A stretch of DNA of 64,000 nt from a virus. Taxonomy: Duplodnaviria; Caudoviricetes. The stretch spans positions 13,603 through 77,602 of the IMG/VR virus record IMGVR_UViG_3300020431_000008; one strand, written 5' to 3'. Positions 53,701 to 59,491 of the stretch are shown piece after piece. The first letter of the stretch is position 1. Every line of letters starts with the position of its first letter. A program made the position numbers and the translations under genes. The notes under the pieces were generated by a model, which saw nothing but the letters and a program-made list of their open reading frames with translations, was not told where the DNA came from and ran no database searches.

Positions 53701-53891
53701 TTGAGATTGAATAACTCATCAACCTTTACATACTGATCTAAATTTCGAATAAGATCATATGTTCCACCTTGATATTCTTGTGAAACATAATATTCTTTTA
53801 GGAAATCAACAAGAAGTGGAAAGTCATCCTTTACAAATTCAGGAACTTGACTCGCTATAATATCTTGAAACTTAACTCTATCTACTGCCAT
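41787..53891 (-). CDS. gp7: Giant baseplate wedge initiator-like protein
   Basis: 4034 aa directly after gp6; FYKSKGT.QSFEILFRALYG, HSPILGWAYDGHPIYGPYG, LNHTAGFKRF; many GxGY repeats. Confidence 0.8.
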   Translation of the reverse strand: MAVDRVKFQDIIASQVPEFVKDDFPLLVDFLKEYYVSQEYQGGTYDLIRNLDQYVKVDELFNLKDSTILLGDITFLDTTIVTSADQNFTDGFPESNGLIQIDNEIISYESKTKTTFEGCTRGFSGITDYIGTNTPDQLTFERTESADHVSGSTIYNLNIRFLQEFFKRIKNQFIPGFSERTLHSGLDQRNFIFSSDSFYKSKGTDQSFEILFRALYGADVEVIRPSKFLIKPSDADYKLTQDYVVEGYLGDPLELKNQTFYQNRTGARGTVTNVEKINYTEGDFYQIAIDYGYRRDSNVEGTIYGKFEPNPKTKILNSVSVGSTVIDVDSTVSFPASGALSVVNVDGDEDILAYSEKTLTQFLGVTTATTAINSKTDICLNNYSYSDTPKGQVQVRVVTSLTNFKINSDTYFFKKDDTVNVKSIGLESKQNKSKSWNYNIKTNWKVSTFTLVDSSEKIFTIKTFDSIFLKSGYRLSLRSNTGLERSLTISAVLSETEFTAILSENISESQFSLTWTLENQILKGSSTKYPALNNINANVLNTYEKFNGDFIVASNSVPNYNSIPTNPYNREFNFSGSAIGDNLVVTPISDHGLYTGDPVYYSPKVNIVTTTTSNGISFTSETVDAFDNVTEGVYYVKRVSSTTIKLARSTSDIFNNRYISPIGTVTDNKFCYYDFYQKNISPQKIYREINNPSTKVGEYRTSPGYNGILINGVELINYKSPDTIFYGGIKGIVINNTGQGYDVINPPIMKVNDIIGIGATGIVAVEGSLEEVRVIDNGFDYTDDPIVIISGGQGIDASAKVNLASIDHSVQFNSGPGTKSGLSLSNNTIGFSTYHKFRENERIVYLTEGVTGVAGLTTGADYYANIVDSLTVTLHDNFNDANVGINTVVITGYGVGIQEFKSYERKKIVSNIIVDNAGSGYKNKKRLIVGVNTAIDQITITNHGYNEKEIVRYTAGATAIDGIDSTTEYYVVKIDDNTFSLSEVGTGQTQSDYFYDNNIFTNIKSEGNGTFNYNPIAVTIQGTIGVNTLTNQDFSCKVQPVFRGSIDSIDIIDEGIGYGASEVLNFNRQPVVTFNSGFGAQLTPIVSNGRIVEVLVNQGGKEYNSPPDLSISGIGSFARLTPITLNGVITEVKVISGGAGYSSDTDIIVKPSGIDATVFTDINQWTINLFARNLPNILGDDGIVDTSISGKTLEYSHLYPSRYLRESTYAIDANGNTIYTESDLKKENDIEVTSVKHSPILGWAYDGHPIYGPYGFSSASGGSIKRMISGYEIALNSTNRPPISQYTDGFFVEDFVFKATGDLDKNNGRYCVTPDYPEGTYAYFTTIRETSDTSGSFKNYRRPVFPYVIGNTFNSDPNKFNFSSSSNHVDFNIEKDGWFRNTTPYHMNNSLSGYDYIFNSNTYKKQKIDIISASAGGIQGVGIFTGGKDYRVNDQLVFDNSFTGGNNAAGRVERVLGKKVSSVSAASTEVYDIEFIPYESRGQFVGYSSDPHKLSDGDLVNISGLSRYYDGLDGNYQIGISTGSFVLLTGVGDTSVTGMTTYFDVGGAIQYPYVRPDDIMEVGGEKVRVLTLDRRNQRIQVLREQSGTIGTSHNVLTKIFKDPRKFTINSGIARTTQTLRLNSVLYFNPAEALGLGTALGTGNETTVTFSNPGAGASVVSIPPQSIYYPNHGLLMNEIVEYSTNGGDSINTWNGAVGASSTVPLSGLGTFYAVRISNRFVGLSTNRVGFSTITGRYIGVNDTNGLLYFTNVGTGVYHNLRTRRNDVVTGQIQKNVVTVSTASTHGLFVGDEVNIDLKPSNEVVVTVKYDEFNRRIVFNPKSFVSGDISTFDDSILFNNNPFKTGDKVIYTSSTPSGGLVNEGIYYVVVHTPVRIKLVEERSEINQVEPRFVNIKTSSAGTLSKINPLINVSKNSTLKFDLSDSSLSFVSNSNRYSAFDLNIYSDSFYRSLYLTSGKDNKFEVTKSGQPGVDATANLTLFVSDYVPSVLWYSFSNTNTTFSPLVNREMIIDSEVSSYNQINLVPTDYDGLQKVSGIGTISFTYNINKVPDILSYDRTNALPLYDTDSLTAYGAISDVEISNSGSGYRSLPGITTVRSGFGTDAILYPESKNIGQILNYKYSSNNIGFDYPHDNTLRVVANLPEILEIESLNSIERIGITSNGINYLLAPDLVVIDGYTNKINEDIKITYTLGDNQVSIIKNSTGLYETLPRIVPTNNTNGIGINSIVYTNSNKNVRVFFNTIFSDEEDFPFVVGEDIFVEGINVGVGTTGTGYNSSQYNYAYFPVIGIQTNLGGTGSFIDYDMSEVISGTQEPGNVTTPIRGRIVPVSQFPIFDVVLKKNDYFLDEQVTNGERNGTVESWNKNTEILKVSTPFEFNLGENIRGLTSNTQGIVRTKYDFKAEIETGAGTTIVNGWNRNTGFLNDNLQRIPNNEYYQNFSYSLKSNVDFNSWNNAVGALNHTAGFKRFADFEIESAAAPVGQASVPVNAIDSNIETVVDIIGKGDLNCFYDYDNVTETSFVVNGKEFSNEIIFDNRILSDYFQSVGNRVLSIDDVSTKFNSNERAEPYESIASFESNYTYNKIVTLARDQVFTDERQFSIVSIIQNDNIGYINQYATLETYPYLGYFDYIATAGGWDLTFFPVKFEVNSYDVSSVAFSILDDKTTTGTRSYGDVSSVFSQRSIIPPSSTGTLVSVGTTYRALKVLSMVEEVPTDTFYSTELNIIHDGTDVSLLEYGSINESENTYSSGIGTFGARISGGNIIVEFHSNTTKTLHCNSAVMAISDNGTSTGSFDLDVTRVGSSYSSISASASPTTNVISSYITPYEATYCIVVVENTTDSEYEMFEFAAINSSSNEFCVEYANTSTGSGIGTVGISKITDGLDIVYTPVANKAVEVRAYFNQLQITTENANPTDIDLNNVIINTNNDTYSGTKLSLKKSFELNHKGNPIFRRIFDGSSSTVVDLQNDFIQIPNHFFVSGESVTYGAPGVGHTSGIGIVTAVIPGIGSTDLLPEEVFLVKLDESKLRFAATAEDALSVPPSTLILNSVGIGASHTITAKNANAKALLAVDNMIQAPVASTKITTILNQNILFDLVLDTVGVSSFASGDIIKIDDEFMIVQSVGTFGVASNLLVTRPELGTKLTNHLAGATITKYSGNYNIVGNSIIFSSPPYGNIPLSSTTNPPDERDWTGITSSSSFQGRTFMKRAGSGTTLETYHLNNVFDDFSSSFTGVSSIFTLQSSGSDLSGISYDTVILTNNIYQSPQGIQATQGDYQIIEDSGITSIRYNGSGTPEGYDPNKSKFPAGGLIISVGSTEGNGYQPLVSAAGTATISGVGTISSVSIGNSGSGYRSGSQIVNVGVQTFNGVIPSIENIGTATIQGGHIVSINITNPGSGYTSSNTPVVVFDSPLSYIDIPLEYSASSPAGIGQSATVDIVVGQGSSIINFELRNSGYAFGPGQILTVPVGGLNGIPVNSSLPFEEFQITIEDIYSDQFNGWSVGEFEVFDALDSQFDGTQKSFKLTINGQPISIRSQAGSNIEVDKTLLVFINDILQQPGVAYQFEGGSVITFAEAPKSGLTDVENSSDTSKIIFYKGSGSVDVIFTDVLETIKIGDLLDIDNNPDLGQPITLNQNSRTVTGINTLDSTETNNYPGPGVTSDQSILRPVTWCKQSVDKFINGKYIGKDRIEYEPQIYPASYLIQSFGVSTTIAYVDNVRPFFNSNNEAANKAFQNAIQIVSQDAKVGASATAIVSAGGSITALNISNAGAGYTSSTANVSISSGIGTNALASAIVTNGHVTSFNISEAGTGYTSTNLPVVLIEPPVLSKEEMTVSSYSGDYGSVVGFGITTVGNSQKFILDFFIDKDSFMRDPNYVGSGITVSGIGTGDFFTIFNSNLSVVPFVGNDVISQYNDQSILGITTQFIDCTYQVESAQILQVDVLGVGMTAIRRIITNVGGISTVTFGTTNITFDSIDYTFDSRIISVYQGGISSNFSFGEFSWGKINVSNRSGNNLFNSYNNRGISGLSTGSLVTRSASLKYNNYT

Positions 53892-53896
53892 TTCTA

Positions 53897-55957
53897 TTAA
53901 TAGGAGTATGTTGTGGATTGTGAAGAACCAGCATTCCCAGTTGTAACAGTTACTCTAGTTGTAGTATTTGGTACGTCTGTGTCAGCAGGTGCTGTGACTG
54001 TTTGTGTAGTTGTAAGAACAGGTGTTCCTCTAACAATACTTCCATTGGAGTAACTAGATGTAACAATATAGTTACTTCCTGAAACATCATCACCAGATGC
54101 AATTTGATCTGATACTGTATTGACTACAACATTTCTTGTATCAAGTTGAAGATACAAATCTTGTAGTCCTATAACATCATTTGAATATGGAACAGCAGAT
54201 ACTTCAATGAGGGGTGTACCTCTATTTACGCTAGTAGAAATGATCTTAATTGGGTTCAATTTAATCTCACCCTTCACATAATCAATAATACCAATATTCT
54301 GTTTAACAACAACTGGTTCAGAAGGTGAATTCAACTTGAACAAGAATATACTACCAGTCTTCAAACCAGGATTGGGTTTATCTCCTAGATATACATCACC
54401 AGAAATACCACTTACTTTGAAAGCAGATGTCTTGATGTTATATCCAACAACAGTTCCATTGGAAACTGGAGAGTGTCCATGATTCTTGATATAGAATCTA
54501 TTTCCAAAACACAACTCGTATTCAGCAAATGTATTCAAAAGAGGTTCCATATCTCTTCTCATCTGAACAGTAGTAATGTTAGATGTAATTGAAACCTGTG
54601 TATCATCAATAATCTTCTGATACTTACTAAACTTAAACCTAGCACCAAACTTATTCAACTCTGTAGAGTTGGCATATGCATCAATATTATTAGTCACAAG
54701 CGAACCAACTACACTAGCAGATGGTGCTTTGTTCTCATTATAATAAACATAAGAATCAGTCTCAATATACAGATACTTGAGATCAACAATCTCACTTACA
54801 ATACCTGCTACTGAATACTTTCTCAGTTCTCTGGAAATATCTTCCTTAATAGTACTAGAAAGATAAACACCATTCTCAGGTTTGACACTGATGAATACCT
54901 TACCATATTGTGGAGGACTAAGTTCTTCACCACCAAATGCTGAAACAGACTCTGCTTCTGAGTAAATTCTTGGTATTAATACTTCATAATCTGCTGCAGT
55001 TACAGCACGATTTTGTGATGCATAGATTAGTGGAGCATTCTTTTTAATTGATTCAACAGTTTCAATATCAGAACCACCAAAAGATTTCTGATCTGTTGTG
55101 ATTAATGAAATACCATTTGTAATTGGTGTATTGTTATTATCTGCTAACTGAGCAGCAAAAGTAAATTCTGAGATATTATTGCCAGATTCACCACTTGATG
55201 TGATATATCCAATCTCTACAATATTAGGTTCTTCTAATTTTGTGCCAAATATTCCATCACCAAAAAGTAATTCATATCTCTCATTATCAACCTCTTGAAT
55301 AAAATAGACAGGAGAAGTAGAATTTACTTCATACAGACTACTGAACTGTTTATAGACTCTTGTAATAGTAGATCCAGATCCTTCTCTTACTAATACTGTG
55401 ATTAAATCAGTATCAATGCCACTATTGGTAAGGAGGTATTTTTGATTGGGCGTTCTAGAACTTACATTGAATGATTGAGTAATATGTGTTCCTTCATAAA
55501 TCTCAATATCATTAAAGATGGCAAGTCCTTCACTGTTTACTGCAACTGTAATATCATCAGGGATAGAAAATACATAACTCTTATTTGAAAAACTATTGGA
55601 AGAAAGTGCTACAATGCCTCTCTTAAGAGTTACAGATACTGCTGTAGTTGATGATGTATCTACTGAAAAAGATATTAATGCCTTTGCTGCATTCCTCGAC
55701 TTAGGAACATATCCTATATTTCTTGCTAAAGAAACAACATTCTCTCTGAGTGTTGCTCCATCAATAAACACCTCATTGGTTACCATATTGGCATTGTATG
55801 AGGTGATGTAAGTATTATAGGCAAGTGTGTCTATAATAGTAGAAAGATTGGATCCTTCATAATCATAATCTGTGAAGTTTGAATTCGCACGAAGATAGTC
55901 CTTGATGGACGTCTTTATTTGATCAAAATCTAAATTGCTGAAATTAACTAACGGCAT
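53897..55957 (-). CDS. gp6: Baseplate wedge subunit
   Basis: LDFDQIKTSIKDYL, FTDYDYEGSNLS, LRENVVSLARNIGYVP, QNRAVTAADY, YGKVFISVKP. Confidence 0.95.
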   Translation of the reverse strand: MPLVNFSNLDFDQIKTSIKDYLRANSNFTDYDYEGSNLSTIIDTLAYNTYITSYNANMVTNEVFIDGATLRENVVSLARNIGYVPKSRNAAKALISFSVDTSSTTAVSVTLKRGIVALSSNSFSNKSYVFSIPDDITVAVNSEGLAIFNDIEIYEGTHITQSFNVSSRTPNQKYLLTNSGIDTDLITVLVREGSGSTITRVYKQFSSLYEVNSTSPVYFIQEVDNERYELLFGDGIFGTKLEEPNIVEIGYITSSGESGNNISEFTFAAQLADNNNTPITNGISLITTDQKSFGGSDIETVESIKKNAPLIYASQNRAVTAADYEVLIPRIYSEAESVSAFGGEELSPPQYGKVFISVKPENGVYLSSTIKEDISRELRKYSVAGIVSEIVDLKYLYIETDSYVYYNENKAPSASVVGSLVTNNIDAYANSTELNKFGARFKFSKYQKIIDDTQVSITSNITTVQMRRDMEPLLNTFAEYELCFGNRFYIKNHGHSPVSNGTVVGYNIKTSAFKVSGISGDVYLGDKPNPGLKTGSIFLFKLNSPSEPVVVKQNIGIIDYVKGEIKLNPIKIISTSVNRGTPLIEVSAVPYSNDVIGLQDLYLQLDTRNVVVNTVSDQIASGDDVSGSNYIVTSSYSNGSIVRGTPVLTTTQTVTAPADTDVPNTTTRVTVTTGNAGSSQSTTYSY

Positions 55958-55958
55958 T

Positions 55959-56360
55959 TTACCTAGTGGGTTCTAATGCAAATGTGAGTTCTTGTTTTTG
56001 TGCATCTGCACCTACAATAATATATTGAATCTTAACATCAAAAGCATTTGAATCTACATTTGCTTTGACTATAACATCAATTAAATTTACTCTAGGTTCA
56101 TAATTTTCAATAGTATTACGTATTTGAAGATCAATACTAGCAGCAGTAAGTGCATCTAGATTGTCAAATAATAATTGTCTGACCCTAGATCCTAATGCAG
56201 GACTGAATGGTCGCTCACCAGGACCAGTAAGAATCAAATTACGAACAGATCGTGCTATAGCATTCGCATTAGTTAACCCAATTAAATCATAATTGAGTGG
56301 ATTAACTAGAAAGCTAGCACTTATATCCTTAAATGGTATACTAGTCCTTTGAACTGGCAA
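55959..56360 (-). CDS. gp25: Baseplate wedge subunit / sheath initiator
   Basis: AIARSVRNLILT.PGERPF.P.LGS, IENYEPRV. Confidence 0.94.
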   Translation of the reverse strand: MPVQRTSIPFKDISASFLVNPLNYDLIGLTNANAIARSVRNLILTGPGERPFSPALGSRVRQLLFDNLDALTAASIDLQIRNTIENYEPRVNLIDVIVKANVDSNAFDVKIQYIIVGADAQKQELTFALEPTR

Positions 56361-56381
56361 ATTTACACAAGAATTCTACCT

Positions 56382-56388
56382 TATTTAG
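56382..56388 (-). promoter_or_regulatory. Late promoter (CTAAATA) for gp25-gp6-gp7
   Basis: tatttag on plus strand, 22 nt upstream of the gp25 ATG. Confidence 0.65.
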
Positions 56389-56392
56389 TAGA

Positions 56393-56581
56393 CTAATCTT
56401 CAGTTAATACGTTCTTTGCACCACAAATACATTCATGATTGGGATCAGAGCAATCAGTTGTCTCAAATAATCCATCAGTATTCTTTTTATTCTTATTCTT
56501 AGGTGTTAGATTATCATTTGCAATCTCACGTAACATATTATTAGGTGCTTGACTCCAATAGTCTCTATGTAAATCATCCAT
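56393..56581 (-). CDS. Small hypothetical protein
   Basis: 62-aa ORF overlapping the upstream ORF stop. Confidence 0.65.
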   Translation of the reverse strand: MDDLHRDYWSQAPNNMLREIANDNLTPKNKNKKNTDGLFETTDCSDPNHECICGAKNVLTED

Positions 56582-57173
56582 TAATTAAAAACCCCTTTCT
56601 ATAAAAGTCATCATCATCAATGTATCTATACCCCTTAGGTATTACCTCAGGAACTTTATCCCATACAGGTATAGCAATAGTATTCCCATACCTAAAATCA
56701 GCATTAGGACGAAAGTGTACCTCTATTAATTTGTCTCCAATTATCTCAACATTAATCCATTCATACCTATCCTTTAAATCATCTAACACTGGACTCAAAG
56801 GAATCTCTTCATTTATTATTTCCCACTTATCCCATTTATAACATGTTTCCGCGGATTTTAAACCATAGACAACTAATGTACATTCTCCCCAATGATAATC
56901 AATGGATTTATGTTGTCCCTCAAAGATCTCACACCAAAACTCACCTGGATGTAAATGTTCTGTAGAATTAGACAAATATTCCTTTCTGGCATATCTACCC
57001 ATCCCCATGAAATTCATAGATGGCCTTACAATATAAAAACCAGGTGATGGTACTTCTAATCCTGCAGGACCACAAGTATAACCACACACCTGGCTGAGTT
57101 GTAATTTATTATATACCCACAGATCTTTAGGTGAAATAGAATTCCATTCCTCTGATACTGTGAGTTTATACAT
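56574..57173 (-). CDS. Hypothetical protein, ATP-grasp-like
   Basis: YIVRP..N.MGMG, E.FEG.H.SIDY, WINVEIIG..LIEVHFR pattern; fold inferred. Confidence 0.7.
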   Translation of the reverse strand: MYKLTVSEEWNSISPKDLWVYNKLQLSQVCGYTCGPAGLEVPSPGFYIVRPSMNFMGMGRYARKEYLSNSTEHLHPGEFWCEIFEGQHKSIDYHWGECTLVVYGLKSAETCYKWDKWEIINEEIPLSPVLDDLKDRYEWINVEIIGDKLIEVHFRPNADFRYGNTIAIPVWDKVPEVIPKGYRYIDDDDFYRKGFLING

Positions 57174-57319
57174 TAACGTCCTTGACCTCTATAACGTTTC
57201 TTCTTACCATTACTGCTAGTTGCAGCATACTTTGTATGCTTCCCTGTACCCTGTCTAGTTTTCTTGGGTTGGGATTCAATGAATACTGTACCCAACAGTG
57301 ACTTTCTTACTCTTGACAT
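57173..57319 (-). CDS. 48-aa highly basic peptide
   Basis: Hand-translated MSRVRKSLLGTVFIESQPKKTRQGTGKHTKYAATSSNGKKKRYRGQGR; TAATG coupling to next gene; TAAATA at 57322-57327. Confidence 0.8.
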   Translation of the reverse strand: MSRVRKSLLGTVFIESQPKKTRQGTGKHTKYAATSSNGKKKRYRGQGR

Positions 57320-57339
57320 AATATTTACCTATAGAAAAA

Positions 57340-58113
57340 TTAAATTACACGCATCTTTTCATGTCCCACACGAATTCGTGGATCACACCAAATCTCATAT
57401 CCTGCTTCAATAGCATCTAAACAGAAACTTACATCCTCTCCACACATATCCTGTACTGCACCAGATTCAAATACTTGCATCTTTGGTGCAAACCATGGAT
57501 ACTTCATATCAGTATTCTCAAAAACACCCTTCTGAATCATTACCCATCCAAATCCAGTATAGTCTACAGTAAATGGCTTCTTACGCTTACTAATACCTTC
57601 TACCATCTCATGATTCATGACCCCACCATTATTACGGAAATCATCCTCATCTAACCAATGTGCTACTGATGTGGTCTGACCATCTTCAGTACTATACCAT
57701 CCAGCACTAATAGGCTTCTCTGTTCCATCCTCACTTAATGCAACATCACATAATTGCCAAAACTTCTCAGTGTTGAAAACAATATCACTATCAATCCATA
57801 ACTGATAATCATACGCTAACTTTCCATCCCATGGAATTTGATCAGGACCACGTAATACATTCGCTCCTAAACACTTACAACGAGCGAAATTTACCATAGA
57901 ACTATAGTCCTGACTAATCTGAATACTCATCCCATTCTGTACTAGATCAAAACATAACTGTACAAAGTTCTTCATAAACGTGTAACTACATCCACGCCCA
58001 GGTAAACAAAATACAATTCCCTTTCCTTTCATTCGCGCCTTGATAGCATCATAATCCCATTCTGCTTTCTTCTCTTTGGGCGCTGTCGCTTTCACAGTAA
58101 ATCCTTTTGCCAT
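57340..58113 (-). CDS. Glycosyltransferase-like protein (GT-A fold)
   Basis: IVFCLPGRG, LWIDSD (DxD), CGEDVSFC, IWCDP..RVGH. Confidence 0.75.
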   Translation of the reverse strand: MAKGFTVKATAPKEKKAEWDYDAIKARMKGKGIVFCLPGRGCSYTFMKNFVQLCFDLVQNGMSIQISQDYSSMVNFARCKCLGANVLRGPDQIPWDGKLAYDYQLWIDSDIVFNTEKFWQLCDVALSEDGTEKPISAGWYSTEDGQTTSVAHWLDEDDFRNNGGVMNHEMVEGISKRKKPFTVDYTGFGWVMIQKGVFENTDMKYPWFAPKMQVFESGAVQDMCGEDVSFCLDAIEAGYEIWCDPRIRVGHEKMRVI

Positions 58114-58161
58114 GATTGATAATTCACTACAATGTCATTTTATCAGGTTATATATCCTCTG

Positions 58162-58365
58162 TCAATAGGAAGATTCTTCAATACTAGGTGTGGTTTCTAC
58201 AACCTCATATGAAAGATCATCCCTATCATACACAGTCTGTAACATACCTACCATCGCATTTAATTCAGTCCACTTTCCCTCAAAGTTCTCTTCCTTTATA
58301 CTAGGTAATATACATTCATTTTTTAGGTATATGTGGTAAAATTTTTCTGGAGCAATTTTTTTCAT
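58162..58365 (-). CDS. Small hypothetical protein
   Basis: 67 aa; AGGAG Shine-Dalgarno upstream. Confidence 0.7.
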   Translation of the reverse strand: MKKIAPEKFYHIYLKNECILPSIKEENFEGKWTELNAMVGMLQTVYDRDDLSYEVVETTPSIEESSY

Positions 58366-58401
58366 ATCACCGTTTCTCCTTTTGAAATTATATAGTAGAA
58401 T

Positions 58402-58428
58402 AAAAAAAAAGAGATCAATATAGATCTC
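58402..58428 (-). terminator. Rho-independent terminator closing the early region
   Basis: Minus-strand RNA GAGAUC-UAUAUU-GAUCUC followed by U9. Confidence 0.7.
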
Positions 58429-58570
58429 AGAGGAATATACTTTTGTAGGTTGCCCTAGACCGGTCTTTTTCGTAGGGGGGGGGGTCCTTTCAATACCTTT
58501 AAGGTTTTACTAAGCCCACATAAGAACTTAACATAACCCCCTTAATCACTGTCGTATTCACAACACTGTC

Positions 58571-58600
58571 AGTATAACACATATGCCCCCTATGTGTCAA
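58571..58600 (-). promoter_or_regulatory. sigma70-like promoter TTGACA-N18-TATACT with extended -10 TG
   Basis: tgtcaa 58595-58600, agtata 58571-58576; internal inverted repeat acacata/tatgtgt. Confidence 0.7.
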
Positions 58601-58643
58601 CCACCAAGGGGCACTGAGTGTTACATAGTGTCACTACTAAGTA

Positions 58644-58808
58644 TCAACAAGCAATGAGGGACTGTTGTACATTTTCACGTAACTCTAAGTAATCATTAAT
58701 ATCATCACAAGTTTCATAGTGCTCCTGCAACATTTCAAACTCTTCAATGTCAATTACTTTGAGATCAATGAGGTTATATAGTGCCAGTGTAAATTGTTCA
58801 GAATGCAT
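58644..58808 (-). CDS. 54-aa acidic early hypothetical protein
   Basis: Hand-translated MHSEQFTLALYNLIDLKVIDIEEFEMLQEHYETCDDINDYLELRENVQQSLIAC; directly after repeat copy 1. Confidence 0.7.
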   Translation of the reverse strand: MHSEQFTLALYNLIDLKVIDIEEFEMLQEHYETCDDINDYLELRENVQQSLIAC

Positions 58809-58819
58809 GGACGGATTAT

Positions 58820-58860
58820 GTGGTTACACTATAGCAGACCTTTAGAGGTTACTAACGTTA
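58820..58860 (-). repeat. Early promoter-like repeat, copy 1 (most divergent)
   Basis: Minus strand TAACGTTAGTAACCTCTAAAGGTCTGCTATAGTGTAACCAC. Confidence 0.85.
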
Positions 58861-58984
58861 ACTCTCTGTGAGTTACTGATGATGATGCCTATGCAACTGT
58901 TGCAGAAGGTGTCAGATACTGTCCCCCTGTGTTTATAAGATAGTGTGTCCCCTGTGTGTTACATAGTGTCCTCTCAGTCTTTAT

Positions 58985-59013
58985 ATTATAGAGCATAAGA
59001 CTGTCCCTGTCAA
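58985..59013 (-). promoter_or_regulatory. Perfect sigma70 promoter TTGACA-N17-TATAAT
   Basis: tgtcaa 59008-59013, attata 58985-58990. Confidence 0.85.
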
Positions 59014-59051
59014 GTAAAACCCTGGGTGGTCAGAAATATATGTGGTCCCCC

Positions 59052-59080
59052 TTGACTTTTGAGAGTTTGTGTGATATAGT
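59052..59080 (+). promoter_or_regulatory. Divergent plus-strand sigma70 promoter TTGACT-N17-TATAGT
   Basis: TTGACT 59052-59057, TATAGT 59075-59080; no plus-strand ORF downstream. Confidence 0.7.
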
Positions 59081-59142
59081 GCAGTCTTAGATCGCTATAA
59101 GTATGAGGGTTTCTGAGAGATAAGAGGGTTCTTAAGTATACC

Positions 59143-59264
59143 TTTTCCACAGATTATCAGACAATAACCACACAAAAGACCCCTTTTTCCACAGGGTTGT
59201 TGAAAACTAACAAAACACTCATATACATTTATTAATACCTTTTTAATTGATTTAAGATAAAAAA
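59143..59264. other. DnaA-box-like cluster plus AT-rich tract (candidate replication origin)
   Basis: TTTTCCACA at 59143-59151 and 59185-59193; inverted TTTTCAACA at 59198-59206; 59221-59264 has 5 G/C in 44 nt. Confidence 0.5.
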
Positions 59265-59269
59265 CATGC

Positions 59270-59276
59270 TATTTAT
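59270..59276 (-). promoter_or_regulatory. Possible late promoter (ATAAATA) pointing into the non-coding island
   Basis: tatttat on plus strand; could be chance in AT-rich DNA. Confidence 0.35.
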
Positions 59277-59284
59277 GGGTGTTT

Positions 59285-59491
59285 TCAGGGGGTAATCTGG
59301 GAGATAGTATCATTTAAGGTAATATGAGTAGTAGTTACTCTATCCCCCAATTCTTCTTTAGTTGGTATAGATGAATGAGGTCTATAAGCATAAAGAATAG
59401 ATGCTAGTTGATACATCAAATGTGTATCTAACTGTGCATCTCTTAAGTGATAGATTGGGTGTGAAGGTAATGAATACATTAGGTGTTCCAT
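59285..59491 (-). CDS. Early hypothetical protein (true start probably 59479, MYSLPSH...)
   Basis: ORF track; TAATG overlap with the upstream stop favours the internal ATG. Confidence 0.55.
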   Translation of the reverse strand: MEHLMYSLPSHPIYHLRDAQLDTHLMYQLASILYAYRPHSSIPTKEELGDRVTTTHITLNDTISQITP

